Assembly: GCF_020745735.1 (NCBI RefSeq)
Contig: NC_083402.1
Span: forward strand, 7,130,001-7,194,000
Source: Hemiscyllium ocellatum
Taxonomy: Eukaryota
DNA length: 64,000 nucleotides
Reading direction: 5' to 3'
Positions 47,116 through 60,769 of this stretch are shown here, one piece after another. The notes under the pieces were generated by a model. It was not told the DNA's origin and made no database searches. It saw only the letters and a program-made list of their open reading frames with translations. Position 1 is the stretch's first letter, and every line of letters begins with the position of its first letter. Both the position numbers and the translations under genes were made by a program.

Positions 47116-47299
47116 TGAGAACAGGAGATGTTGTATAAGCTTCCAATACAATCTTCGAAATCCTCAATGTTAACTTCAAACAGTCTAAGATTTATGGCAG
47201 GACAGGGTTAGACACAGAGAAAAAACTCTCTCGACACTGTTCCCCAATCAAACACTCTGGGACAGCATGGGATGGAGCAAAGCAAAACTGCACTGAGAA

Positions 47300-47590
47300 T
47301 CATAGGATTCCTGCAGTGTGGAAGCAGATCATTTGGTCCATCCAGTCCCATCACCCCTCCAGAGAGCATACCGTCCAGACCCATTCCATCTATCCAATCC
47401 CAGAAGCTTTGCATTTCCCATGGCTAATCCACCTAACCTGCATGTCTTTGAACTGTAGGAGGAAACTGGAGCATTCAATGGAAACCAATGCATGCACTTG
47501 GATAATGTGCAAACTTCACACAGTCATCCGAGGCAGGAATCAACCCAGGTCCCCAGAGCTATAACGCAATAGTGCTAATCAATGTACCAC
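47300..47590 (-). mobile_element. Degraded HE1-like V-SINE
   Basis: Reverse-complement V-core and tRNA-like head. Confidence 0.65.
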
Positions 47591-47634
47591 CGTGCCTCCT
47601 TTATACACATATTTTATATTTTTTATATTTTATA

Positions 47635-48290
47635 TTACGTTGTCAACGGAACGAGGACATGCCGCAACCCAAAGGACTAGCCACACTACCATACATCAAG
47701 AGCATTTCCGAACTGACAGCCAGACTACTGCGACCATTAGGACTCATAACAGCACACAAACCAACAGCCACTCTCAGACAACAAATCACCAGAATGAAGG
47801 ACCCGATACCCAGCATGAGCAAAACCAATGTAGTGTACAAAATCCCATGCAAGGACTGCACAAAACACTACATAGGACAAACAGGAAGACAACTAACGAT
47901 CTGCATCCATGAACACCAACTAGCCACGAAACGACACGACCAGCTATCCTTAGTAGCCACACGCGCAGATGACAAGCAACATGAATTTGACTGGGACAAC
48001 ACTACTATTATAGGACAAGTCAAACAGAGATCAGCCAGGGAATTCCTAGAGGCATGGCATTCATCCACAGATTCAATCAATAAGCACATCGACCTGGACC
48101 CAATATTCCGACCACTGCAACGGACAGCTGGAACTGACAGCCGGAAACAGCAGATTCAAACCACTACAAATGCTGGCGGAAAGATCACAGAAGCGCTTCA
48201 CAGGAGGCTCCCAAGCACTGAGGATGTCACCTAGACACGGGATGAAACATCTGCAACACAAATTCCCAGCTTGGCGAACAGAACCACAAC
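47635..48290 (+). mobile_element. Penelope-like element 3' part encoding a GIY-YIG endonuclease
   Basis: ORF 47572-48234: LPYI..NVVYKIPCKDCTKHYIGQTGRQL..IHEH. Confidence 0.92.
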
Positions 48291-48404
48291 AGTGCCAAAG
48301 AGTGTGCAACACTTTAGCAAGGGTGAAAATACAAGGAATGAAGAACAGGCAAGCAATGCTCTCTAAACTTTCCTCATCAAGCACTCCCATGGCAGGGAGA
48401 CCAC

Positions 48405-48745
48405 ATGTTTAGATTCTGGTTAGTGGTGCTGGAAGAGCACAGCAGTTCAGGCAGCATCCAAGGAGCAGTAAAATAGACGTTTTGGGTAAAAGCCCTTCAT
48501 CAGGAATACAGGCAGAGAGCCTGAAGGGTGGAGAGATAAATGAGAGGAGGGTAGGGGTGGGGAGAAAGTAGCATAGAGTACAATAGGTGAGTGGGGGAGG
48601 GGATGAAGGTGATAGGTCGGGGGGAGGGCGGAGTGGATAGGTGGAAAAGAAGATAGGCAGGTAGGACAAGTCATGGGGACAGTGCTGAGCTGGAAGTTTG
48701 GAACTGGGGTGGGGTGGGGGAAGGGAAATGAGGAAACTGTTGAAG
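48405..48745 (-). mobile_element. Penelope-like 3' fragment, same family as 43972-45165
   Basis: Near-identical to 43972-44350. Confidence 0.85.
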
Positions 48746-49379
48746 TCAGATACAGAGTAAAGCTGTCTTTACATTTTTCCCATCAAAGCCTCCAAAGACA
48801 GGAGCAGCACAGGATCAAGTAAAGAGTTTAGTTTCTTCTTTCTGGTAGCCCACATCCCTTTGTATTGCTGAAGGGAGGGTGACTGGAGACAGATGAAGGC
48901 TGCTATCCTGGACCTTCTGTCCTGAACACACTTCACGTGGATAACAGCTGACCGAGGGTCACAGATCTCTTATGGGTTAATCACAGATCTGTTTGTAGAC
49001 AGATGCAAATTCAGTTAGTCTGGTTTGAATTGACATTGTGCACATGCACACATATACATGCACACAATTACAAACTTCTTTTCAGTGCCATTAAAAACAA
49101 TCATTGGACTTAACAGAACAGGAAATTCTGTTGTAGCTACTGAAGCCTCTGTGTGGTTTGCATGTTATGTTTGCAGTTCCCACAACTTCTTTCTCAAAGT
49201 CCCGATGTTTTGGGCTGTATGTTGTGTTTCTTTGGCTAAGTCCGAGCTGCACAACATTTTTGGGAACATTTTTGCCTGCCTCTGTCTCATTCCAGGAGGA
49301 AAACAACCCACAATAGGTCAGAAAGAGTCTAGATAAGGGGTGTGTTGTTGATCATTCGGTTCCTCAGTCCTGATGTGGA

Positions 49380-49800
49380 GAGCATCCTGACTCTGACTGC
49401 CCCGAACAGGGCCAGGACAGATCGGAGGTTGCACTCAGCTGAGTGTTCCAGGAGCCCCTGAGAAAGGCTGTCTCCCTGACTCAACTGAGAATGACCGACA
49501 ATTATCCTTTTCGATGTAGAGGAGACCAAAACGCCGACTGGGTGATCACTTTGCTGAGCACCTTCGGTCTGTACGCAATCAGGTCCTGGACCGTCCTGTG
49601 GCTTGCCACTTCAACACACAATCCTGCTCCCATGCCCACATGTCTGTCCTTGGCCTGTTGCAATGTTCCAGTGAAGCTCAACGCAAACTGAAGGAACAGT
49701 ATCTCATCTCCCGACTAGGCACGTTACAGACTGCCAGTCTCAATATTGAATTCAACAACTTCAGATGATTATCCCATCTCGACCCCTCTGTTTTCGTTCT
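49380..49800 (+). mobile_element. Old Penelope-like GIY-YIG C-terminal remnant
   Basis: EQYLISRLGTLQ..LNIEFNNFR* near 49690-49768. Confidence 0.65.
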
Positions 49801-50188
49801 GCTCTGTAATTTTATTTCATTTATTTTATTTATCTTTTTAAAAAATGTTTTCACTGTTCTGTACCTCTCTCTTTCTCTCGCTTCCCACTCTCTCATCACC
49901 CTTTTCCTCTTCTCTTCCCCCTTTGCTACCCCTCTCCCCTATTTTCCATTTTGTCTCTGCTTCACCCACCACCCCCCCCCCCCCCCCATCCCCCACATAT
50001 TTTGTCACATAGCACTGGCTTCAGCCTTGGTCATTCACAGCTCCTAACCTCCCTAAAATCTCTCTGCACTGTCATTATCACCTCTTTATTGCTACCTTTG
50101 CTTCTGGAGCCATGACTGGATATGGCTGGACTCTGGAGCTTAGATCTGATCATTGATCGTCGGATCACCTGTTTATGCTATTTATGCA

Positions 50189-50330
50189 GGGAGAAAGTGA
50201 GGACTGCAGATGCTGGAGATCAGAGCTGAAAATCTGATTCCTGAAGAAGGGCTTATGCCCGAAACATCGATTCCCCTGCTCTTTGGATGCTGCCTGACCT
50301 GCTGCGCTTTTCCAGCAACACATTTTCAGC
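50189..50330 (+). mobile_element. Internally deleted palindromic mini-element with CTGAAGA hammerhead core; imperfect 15-bp TSD
   Basis: tatgctatttatgca 50174-50188 vs tatgctactaatgca 50331-50345. Confidence 0.8.
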
Positions 50331-50489
50331 TATGCTACTAATGCATGCAAGTAGCCCTGTTTGGTAGCTTCAACAGGTTGATACCTCATTTTTAGGTATG
50401 ATCCTGGCATACCCCACCCCCCCGCATTCTCTATCAAACCAGGGTTGATCCTCTGACTTGATGGTAATGGTAGATATGTCAGATTGTGA

Positions 50490-53238
50490 GTTTGCAGATT
50501 GTGCTCCAGGACAATTCTTTCAGTATTGATGGCCCACAGTGCCCACTACCTACTGCAGGAGTTTACTTTTGCTTTCCTGATAGCAATTTATATTCCACCC
50601 CATGCAGACCTAAGGAGTGCACTTGACATAATATACACCACCACAAATAGCCTTGAGATGCAATACCCGGAGACCTTGTAGTCAGCAACTTCAACCAGGC
50701 CAAGCTCAAGAGTGTGCTCCCAAAGTACCATCACCATATCTCCTGCCCATTAGAGGCCCAAACACCCTTGACTATTTCTACACAACCATCAGAGACTGCC
50801 CCATTCCCCATCTGCATTTTGGTAAATCAGACCAAAACGCTATGCCCCTTCTCCCAGCTTACAAGCAGATCCAGTACAGAAAATCATACTTGCTGACCTG
50901 GGGTAATGGATAAGCTCCTGTGTGACTTCTTCAAGTCAATTGATTGGTCCATATTCAAGAACTCAGCGTCCAATCTAAATGGGTACGCCACTCCCATCAC
51001 AGAGTTCATGAGTAAATGTGTAAAGGACTGTGTGCTAAACCCAACTGGAAACCATAGATGAACCGGGAGATCCACTCCCTGCTGAAATCCAGATCTGAGG
51101 TGTTTTAATTGGGTGACCTTGACCTATACAGGAAATCCAGGTCTAACCTTTGCAAAGCAATTAAGGATGCCAAAAGACAATACCAGACTGAACTAGAATC
51201 CCTGATTGACCAGATAAATACATGTCGACTGTGGCAAGGCTTAACAATATAATGGGCCACAAAGCAAAGTTGAGTTGAATCTTTGACAATAATTACGGGC
51301 AGCACGGTGGCACAGTGGTTAGCACTGCTGCCTCACAGCGCCAGGGACCTGGGTTCAATTCCCGCCTCAGGCGACTGACTGTGTGGAGTTTGCACCTTCT
51401 CCCCGTGTCTGCGTGGGTTTCCTCCGGGTGCTCCGGTTTCCTCCCACAGTCCAAAGATGTGTGGGTCAGGTGAATTGGCCATGCTAAATTGCCCGTAGTG
51501 TTAGATAAGGGGTATATGTAGGGGTATGGGTGGGTTGCGCTTCGGTGGGTCGGTGTGGACTTGTTGGGCCGAAGGGCCTGTTTCCACACTGTAAGTAATC
51601 TAATAATGCATTCCCTCCTTGATGAGCAGAATGCAGTCTATGCTCATTTTGAACAGAAGGTCAGTGAAATGGTGTCACCTGCTCCAACAATCACAGATGC
51701 ATGTGTACCTACAGTCACCGTCATAGACATCAGGTTGGCCTTCTTGAAAATGAAACCACAGAAAGCAACTGGCCTGATGGTGCCCTCAACTATGCACTCA
51801 GATCCTGTGTGGACCAGCTGTCATGAGTATTTGCAGACAGCTTGAAACATCTCCTTACTCCAATCTGAAGTTCCCACTCATTTCAAGAAGTTCACTATCA
51901 TCCCAGTGCCAAAGAAAAATCAGGCAACATGCGTTAGTAATTACTGCGCAGTGGCTTTGACATCCATCATTATGAAGTGCTTTGGTAGGTTAGTCATGGC
52001 ACACATCAACTCTCGCCTTCCAGATTGCATTGACCAACTACAATTCACTTACTGTCACAATAGTTCAATAGCAAATGCTATCTTCCTTACTCAAAATCCA
52101 TCTCTGGAACATCTGGATGACAAGGAAATCTACATCGGACTTCTATTTATTGACTTCTCCTATTCCTTCAACACCATAATTCCAACAAACTCATCTCTAA
52201 ATTCTGAGATCACCCCGCTCCCCCCCCCAAGACTCTGCTCCCCCTCTGCAACTGGATCCTCAACTTCTTACCCCACAGATTGCAATCAGTAAGGATAGGT
52301 GACAGCACCTCATCCATGATAATCCCCAACAACAGTGCCACGTAAGGCTATATACTCAGCCCTCTACTATACTCCTTGTACACTCACAACTATGTGACCA
52401 AGTTCTACCCTAACTCTTGATGATACCATCATAGTGGGTTGAATCTTTAACAACAATGAAACAGAGTGCAGAAGAATGATAAAGAGCTTAGTAGCATGGC
52501 ATAAAGACAACAATCTCTCCCTCAAAGTCAGCAACCTGGAGGGGCTTGTAATTAACTTCAGGAACTGAGCACACATCCTGGCTGTATCAATGGTGCTGAG
52601 GTGGAAACAGTCGACAGCTTCAAGATTCCAGTAGTAAATATCAGCAAAAATCTATCCTGAACCAACTATGCTGACACTACACTGAGAAAAGCGCACCAGT
52701 GCTTTTACTTTCTCAAAAGGCTAAGGAAATTTGGCCGGTCCACAATGGCTCTTACTAATTTTTTGTTGATGCACTATAGAAAGCATCTATCCAGATGCAT
52801 CACAATTTGCTATGGAAATTGCTATGCCCAAATCCATAAGCAGAGAGTTGTGAATGCAGGCCAGTCCATCACAAAAGTCAGCCTTTCATCAATTGCCTTC
52901 ACCCATACTTGCCGCTGCCTTGGGAAAGCAGCCAATATTATCAAAGGCTCCTCCCACCCCAGTTATACTCTCTTCCATTGGGAAAACATACAAAAGTTTG
53001 AAAACATATACCAACAAATTAAAGAACAGCTTCTTCCCTACTGTGTTCAAATCTTTGAAAGGACTTCTCATATACTAAAGATGATCTTTTTCTGCATTTT
53101 CTCGGTAGCTGTGAATACTATATTCTGTATTCTGTTCTATTACCCTGATGTACTTATGTAAGGTATAATTTGCCTGAATAGCATGCATCTCACTGTATCT
53201 TGGTCTATGTGATGTAATAAATCAAATCAAATAAAATC
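50490..53238 (+). mobile_element. Degraded L2-clade LINE split by a SINE
   Basis: NYCAVALTSIIMKCF..LLFIDFSYSFN; ends aataaatcaaatcaaat. Confidence 0.85.
51294..51601 (+). mobile_element. Young HE1-like V-SINE; aataat TSD
   Basis: aataat at 51288-51293 and 51602-51607; the L2 sequence resumes across the site. Confidence 0.92.
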
Positions 53239-54380
53239 ATGGATGTCCAGTCTTGGGGTGTGAGGTCAGTTCGACATCTGTCCCATTTAGCACAGTGATA
53301 ATGCTACACAACATGATGGAGGAGATTCTCAATGTGAAGCAGAACTTTACTACTCTGATATCCATACAGGCACACACAGACACCTCACTATCCCCATACA
53401 TACACAGGCACACCATCATCCTCCCATACACATACAAAAAAAAAACCCAAAAGAAATGAAATGCTGACAATCTGAAATAACACCAGGAATTGCTGGAAAA
53501 ACATGGTCAGTCTTCCAGCATCAGTGGAAAGAAAGTAGAGTTAATGCTTCTGGTCCAGTGACCCTTCGTCAAAACTCAAGACACACATACACACACACAG
53601 ACAGACAGGAAGCAAACATTGGGCTCTGGGTGGAGGGAAAACATGAAAAGCAGTTTCCATGGTCCCTGTTCACAGAATCTGCTGAGATGATCATTGTGCT
53701 GATGAGAATGCTGCTTCTCAGCCTTCCTTCTTCAGATGCTGTCATTGGTTTACAAAAGATGCAGTGTGGCTTATTGAAGGTCTGACTTCTTAATTAAAAG
53801 TCAAAGCTTGCTACAGGTGCTGAAGGGAAAAAAAGCTAATTTTCCTCAGATTTAAAGTAGTTTTTACTTCAGGGAACAATTTGATCAATTTGAGCTCCTG
53901 AGGTGGTGGAGGTCTGATTCCTTCTCTCTTTCTTGTTCACATCTTGTTATCTGGAACTAATCACAAAGCTGTTGTCAGCAAAATGTTCTTGTCATTGATT
54001 ACTGGTCATTAGTTCACATATCAATCAGCGACTTGTAGCCAGCTGAATCTGCATTTGTACATGCCTTTGCCTCCAGCTTGTCTGCACCTTTTATCACTAC
54101 TATTTGACCCAACTGTTGTGTAAACAGTACTTTCAATGAGTGACAGTTTACTCGCTTTCAAAAACATGCAGTAATTCTTCAGCAATCCTTAGCTTTAAAA
54201 CAATTCTGATCATTTCAGTCCACAAATTAATACAGAGAAAGATAAAAATAACTTCACAAAATATTTAAAAATCTTTTGAAGAATAAATCTGTCAACTTTA
54301 GGAATTGGTGAATCCCATAATGTTCCTTGAATTTAATGTGGGAAATTGTGCAACAACAGTGAGACAGGTTGAGTACTTAC

Positions 54381-54433
54381 TGTGAATTTTAACTCCTAAT
54401 ATGTGTTCACAACAGCTGCATAGATTACATTTG
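54381..54433 (-). CDS. Last coding exon with ITIM, (T)NVIYAAVVNTY* (stop 54396-54398), of the upstream neighbour
   Basis: Acceptor ttctgtatctttctag|; VIYAAV fits the ITIM consensus (I/V/L/S)xYxx(L/V); donor aca|gtaagt 15 nt after the stop. Confidence 0.68.
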
Positions 54434-55229
54434 CTAGAAAGATACAGAAATCAGAGCTGATTGTAATTTCAATTTGATGGTAATTACATGAAAGGGAGTT
54501 ACTTACCCCTCCTATTGTAAATATTCTTTTATTCATTGATGGGGTGTGGGTGTCACTGGCTAGGCCAGTATTTATTGTCCATCCCTAAAGTTGCCAAGAC
54601 TCAAATGCATAGCTATGTGTCCAGCATCACATGTAGGCCTGATCCTGTAAAGGTGGCAGTTTCCTTCTCTAAAGCACATTGGTGACCCAATTTGGTATTT
54701 CCCATCAATTGAGAACAGATTTGTGGTCACCATTAAACTTTTAATTCCAGACTTTTTAAAATTCAAATTCCACCATCCTCTGTGCATCATTCAAATTCAT
54801 GTCCCCAGAATGTAATCTGTCCAGCAATTTGTCACAAAGACATTGTGTCTCACTTTTTGCTCATTTTCTTTCTGACCTTTATAAATAATTTGGGAGCGAC
54901 AAGCTGTTTGACTGACAGTTAAGTATTATCTAATGGGATTGTGGAGAGTATATTTTCTTTCTGATTGGTGCAGAAAAGGAATACCCTCAATGAAGAAAGG
55001 CAGGTGAGCTGACCAATGATAGCAGCATTGGGGTGAAGAGGTGATCAAACCCCACCTGATGTAACTGCCCAGTATTGGGGAAACCAGGAACAAGGAAATG
55101 GATCACACAGCTCCAACTGGTACTTCCAGTACATGGGTCAATGGGCTTCTGGGACTGAGGGGAGTTAGAGGGTGAGGGAGAAAGGGTGACAAAATTGGGA
55201 TTGGACTTTGATCAGAAAAACTGACTCAC

Positions 55230-55249
55230 TCTCTTCTGTATCAGCATCT
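55230..55249 (-). CDS. 20-nt cytoplasmic exon (x)DADTEE(a) of an upstream neighbouring receptor gene
   Basis: Acceptor ttcttcttctgttcaattgctatag|, donor aga|gtgagt, phase 2 to 1; joins in frame to the ITIM exon. Confidence 0.6.
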
Positions 55250-56869
55250 CTATAGCAATTGAACAGAAGAAGAATAGTCTGTTATTGAGGAGAATGAATT
55301 TTAAACATTAAGAAACATCACAAAATGGAAATGTATGGAAAATAAACCACACTGAGAGGCAACGCAGTGAGATGGAAAATGTCATTCTAATTAGTGAAAT
55401 ACCAGTGCGGGCTGGCTCACTGCTGATGGAGATAGATTATAGTCTACCTCACTGGGTAGGCCATTCCGCCATTACAAACTTTTGTTCAATTTACAAACTG
55501 GAGCAGAAAAACGATTGTAATAAATAGAAATAATTCAGTTCTGACGAAGGGTCACTGAATTCTGTTTTCTCTCTCCTGATGTTATGTTTCTTAGGTGCAT
55601 CCTTTTTGTTTCAGAACAACGATTACGCTGGTACAGGCTAATTGAAAGAAATTGGTTGCCTAGTTTTGCGAACAGGTCCCTCATTGCAGAACGCTGCATT
55701 TCGCATCTTTTCTAATTCCGTAGTTTCTGTTTGCACTATTTCCCAATGATATGCGGACAGCTGAGATTAGTTCTCGCATGGCGGTTGAAACACCCACAAT
55801 TCCATGTTGTTGGGAAACCGCTCTATCTGGAGTAGCGGATTTGCGAAGCCAGCTGGGACCATTGCTGTTGGTGGAGTTTTGAAGGCCAATCAATCAGTTC
55901 ACCCAATGGGAGTGAAGGAGGTACGAAATTGACCCTGGAGCTTTCTCACTGGCTGAGATTCTGCCTCATTGTGATTCAGTGCGTTGCAGGTTCAGGTGGA
56001 GAGGTTTGGGAAAGGTAATTGAGAGCAATACACCCAGCTATGGACACCATGGTGCAGTATTAAAAATCCGGGAGCTGAAAAGGCCAGAATAAGAGGAGCT
56101 CAGGTCATTCAGAAGGTGGTATGATTGTAAGTGATAGAGAGATATATAAGTGAACCAAGTTAGTTAATAACAAGGATGTTACTTTTAAACCTCTAAGGCA
56201 TTACTTCCCAAAAGCCAACGTCTGTCAGCAGTGAGCAGGACCAGAAATGTATTGGATCAAGTTCGAAGGCAAAATGGAGACGGATGAGGGTTTCAGCAGC
56301 AGGTGAGTTGGAGTGAGGTGGAAACATAGAACTTTTTGGAGTTTGAAATTTCTGATCTTAGTGACTGCAAGGATATGTGGTCAGAAGCTCATCTTGAGTC
56401 AGAAATGAGAGCAAGGTTTTGATGAGTTTAGTTCAACCTCAAACAGCTCCCAGGGAGAGGGATGGAGTTGGTATTCGTTAATGATGACCAAATGAAATGG
56501 CCTTCTGGATGTGAAATAAGCAGTTTGATAATTTGTTGACTGTGGAGGAATGCAGATGGATGATGATGAGGTAGAGCTGGATGTTATCAGTGAACTTGTG
56601 AAAACCAATGCGGTTTGTTTGGATGGTGTCACCCCATGGCAGTATGTAGCTGAGAAATCCAAAGGCCTACAGGTAGAATGCTGAGGGACACCAAGTATAA
56701 GGACTCTGGAGAGGAAAGTGAGGGTGGAATTGGCACAGGACATTGAATGATGCTTGGGTCAAAGATGGTGTTCTCTCTCAGGATGCATGATTGTTATGAA
56801 GTTGAAGGTGTGTACTGTACCTTTTAAGAGAGAGTGAAAGGTGTTTTGCACTGAAAGCTTGCAGGCAAG

Positions 56870-58380
56870 TGTCATGTGACTGACTAACAGTCTCAGAGTG
56901 TACTGGAAAATTGGGACCTAAAGCTCAGCACAATACTCTAGATGTGGTCTGACCAGAGCTTTATGGCGCCTCAGAAGTACATCCCAGCTTTTACATTCAA
57001 CTCCTCTCAAAATAAATGTCATCATTGCATTTGCCTGCCTAACTAATGGCTCAACCTGTAAATTTACCTTGAGAGAATTGTGGACTAGAACTCCCAAGTT
57101 TATTTGCACTTCAGATTTTAGTCCAGGCCTCTATTCTTCCTATCAAAGTGCATGACTTCACACTTTCCCGTGTTGTACTCCATCTGCCACTTCTTTTCCC
57201 ACTCTCCTAACCTGCCCAAATCCTTCTGCAGCCTCTCCGCCTCCTCAATGCTATCTGTCCCTCCATCCATCTTTGTAATCTGCAGACTTAGCTAGAATGT
57301 CCTCAGTTCTTTCATCTAAATTGTTAATTTCTTAAGTGAAAAGTTGTGATCCCAACACGGAGCCTTGCAGAACACTACTTGTCACCGGCTGCCATTCTGA
57401 GAAATACCCTTTTATCCCCACACTCGGTTTTCTGCCAGAAAGCTAAGCTTCTATCCATGCCTCTAAAACCATGTGCCTTTATCTTACTCAGCAGCCTCCT
57501 GTGCAGCACCTTGTCAAAGGCCTTGTTGAATCCTAGGTAGATAACATCCATTGTCTCTCCTTGGTCTAACCTGCTCATTATTTCCTCAAAGAAGTCTAGC
57601 AGATTTGTCAGGCATGACCTCCCCTTGATGAAACCATGCTGACTTTGCCCTATTTTGCTATACACTTGGAAGCATTCAGAAATCTCATCCTTCACAATGG
57701 ATTTCACGATCTTACCCATGACTCAGGTTCGGCTAATCAGTTTGTAATTTTCCATCTTTTGCCTTACTCCTGTTTTAAACAGGGATGTCAGGTTAACAAT
57801 TTTCCAGTCCTCTGGGGCTCCTTGATCCTAGTGATTACCTTTTTGGTTCTGCTTTTTAGTTTAGCTCCTGGCTGTTCATATCCCCTTAGCAGAACCTCTG
57901 CCCTAACTATATGTATGTTGTCGATGCCTACATGGACCATTACCCTCCCACTCCAATTTTCTCTGCAGCCCAGGTGAGATATCCTGAACCTGAACACCAG
58001 GCAGGCAACACAACCTTCAGGACTCTCAATCCTGGTCCCAGAGAACAGTGATTGTACCTCCAACTATACTATCTCCAATTCCAACAAGATTTCTTTTGTC
58101 TCCCCCCACTTGAATGGCTCCCTGCACCATGTTACTGTGGTCAGTTGGCCTATCCTCCCTGCAGTCTCCATTCCCATCAAGACAGGGAGCAAAACTCTTG
58201 AAACTATTTGATATGGACAGGAGCTGAGGCTTCTGCCACTCTACCTCCTGGATCCCTCTATTTACTTCACTGACAGTCACATCCTCCGGAGACTGAACAC
58301 TGGCCAAATTTGAGTTAGTTTGTCTAAGGGGTGTGACTGTCTCCTGAAACACAGCGTCCAGGTAACTCTCCCCCTCCCCG
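56870..58380 (-). mobile_element. CR1 fragments (RT region and GDSL-like ORF1 remnant)
   Basis: 57375-57719 QHGFIKGRSCLTNLL..FNKAFDKV; LVGIGDSIV and VMVHVGIDNI. Confidence 0.8.
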
Positions 58381-58389
58381 ATGTGTTTG

Positions 58390-59375
58390 AAGCTCAGACT
58401 TCAGCTCACTGATGATATAGAAGATGGTATTAGCAATATAGAAGATGGTACTAATAGTAACATTAGCAAATTTGCTGATGTTACAAAGCTGGGTGACAGG
58501 GTGAAATGTGAGGAGGATGTTAGGAGATTACAGGGTGACCTGGACAGGTTAGGTGAGTGGACAGATGCAGTTTAATGTGGATAAATGTATGGTTATCCAC
58601 TTTGGCAAGAACAGGAAGGCAGATTACTACCTAAATGGAGTCAAGTTAGGTAAAGGGGAAGTACAAAGAGATCTGGGTGTTCTTGTACACCAATCAATGA
58701 AGGCAAGCATGCAGGTACAGCAGGTAGTGAAGAAAGCTAATAGCATGCTGGTCTTCATAACAAGAGGGATTGAATATAGAAACAAAGAGGTTGTTCTGCA
58801 GCTGTACAGGGCCCTGGTGAGACCGCACCTAGAATATTGTGTGCCGTTCTGGTCTCCACATTTGAGAAAAGACATTCTGGCTATTGAGGGAGTGCAGCGT
58901 AGGTTCACGAGGTCAATTCCTGGAATGGCAGTACTATCTTATGTTGAAAGATTGGACCGACTGGACTTGTATACCATGGAGTTTAGAAGACTGAGAGGGG
59001 ATCTGATTGAGACATATAAGATTATTAAAGGATTGGACACTCTGGAGGCAGGAAACATGCTTCTGCTGATGGGTGAGTCCCGAACCAGAGGACACAGCTT
59101 AAAAATAAGGGGTAGGCCATTTAGGACAGAGATGAGGAGAAACTTCTTCACCCAGAGAGTGGTGGGTGTGTGGAATGCTCTGCCCCAGAAGGCAGTGGAG
59201 GCCCAGTCTCTGAATTCAGTTAAGAAAGAGTTGGATAGAGTTCTCAACGATATTGGAATCAAGGGTTATGGAGGTAAGGCAGGAACAGGATACTGATTAA
59301 GGATGATCAGCCATGATCATAATGAATGGTGGTGCAGGCTTGAAGGGCAGAATGGCCTACTCCTGCACCTATTGT
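58390..59375 (+). mobile_element. Well-preserved 5'-truncated CR1
   Basis: KFADVTKLG; 247-aa ORF QFNVDKC..DLGVLV..LYRALVRPHLEYCV..FFTQRVV. Confidence 0.92.
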
Positions 59376-59585
59376 CTATTGTCACTGAATCTGAGCTGGA
59401 GTCCTTCCAGCAACCAACATTTACTACACACATGGTCACTGGGAGCCACAATGGGGTCCACAGCTCCCACATCATGCAGAAACAGCACATCACCTTGACT
59501 CTCTATCCTTATTTCATTTAATTTATTTTTTTTTTAACTGTTTTTAGATCTAGATGATTAGATTAAATTACTTACAACTCTAGAT

Positions 59586-59850
59586 GATTAGATTACTTAC
59601 AGTGTGGAAACAGGCCCTTCAGCTCAACAAGTCCACACCGACCTTCCAAAGAGCAACCCACCCAGACCCATTCCCCTACACCTGACACTAAGGACAATTT
59701 AGCATGGCCAATTCACCTAATCATATCTTTGGACTGTGGGAGGAAACTGGTGCACCTGGAGGAAACCAATGGGGAGAAAGTTTCCCGAGGCAGGAATTGA
59801 ACCCAGGTCTCTGGCGCTGTGAGGCAGCAGTGCTAACCACTGTGCCACCG
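59586..59850 (-). mobile_element. HE1-like V-SINE
   Basis: Reverse-complement head cggtggcacagtggttagcactgctgcc and the same tail as the other copies. Confidence 0.88.
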
Positions 59851-60769
59851 CTTATGCAGGTTTGTAACTAATAAATAGATCACAAGCAATAAATTAACAA
59901 GATTCAATTTAACATGTGTTCAAATTTAGCAGACCCCTTATTAGTCAACCAAATCACAGCCCACCTGTAACATCACATTTCAGTTTCCCCCCTCAGAATC
60001 AGAAACCCTTAACTTCCCAAAGTGCTCTCCGCTCGCTTCCGTTCAGCTCTGGTCCTGAAGTGAAGGCAGCGTAACGTGTTGCTGTTGGAGGTAGAGGTCA
60101 AGAATGTGCCCTTGGTATAGATCTCAGGATGTGCTGAAAACAGCTTTGTGGAATGTTGGACAGTGTAATGGGGAAACGTATCATCCTGGGTAGATTTGGA
60201 GCTTGAGGGCTGAAACTTGAGTTGGAATCTTGTGGGGTGATTCTGAGCTGGAGATTCAGGTGAGTTTTCATTAAGTTGTGCCATATCAAGAAGAATAAGT
60301 ATGCCCTGAAGTAAATCCAGTGACAGGACAGTCGGTTAGTAAGTGGATACAGATAAAGGTGATTGACCAAAGAATCAGAGGTCACATGACAAAGTTATGC
60401 ACCAGACTCTTGGGGGAAAGAACACGGGAAGTGTGACTAATTTAAATAGCTTTTCCAAAAGGCTAGCACAAACACAGTGGGCTGAGTGGAAACAAATATT
60501 GCCTATTTTGCCGCCACACTGGAGAGACATTCCACAAGAGATGTGTATGATACAAGAGAGTTAACTGTGATCTGTAGCCATCAGAGACTGGAACAGAGTA
60601 TTGATGAGCTCTGAACCTCTGAATCATTTGTATTTAACAAAGTGTTTGTAAATTGAAACTTTATAAAATGTCCTGCAAGATGACCTAAGGACCACAAGCT
60701 AATGCTGTTCAACAATGATCTTTCTGACTATTGGCTAGACGGGCTGAATTGTCTCTGCTACTCCTATTT

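Noticed and set aside
55600-55960. CpG-richer stretch with CCAAT-like words
   Set aside because: No ORF, splice structure or clear termini; cannot distinguish an old repeat from a regulatory site.
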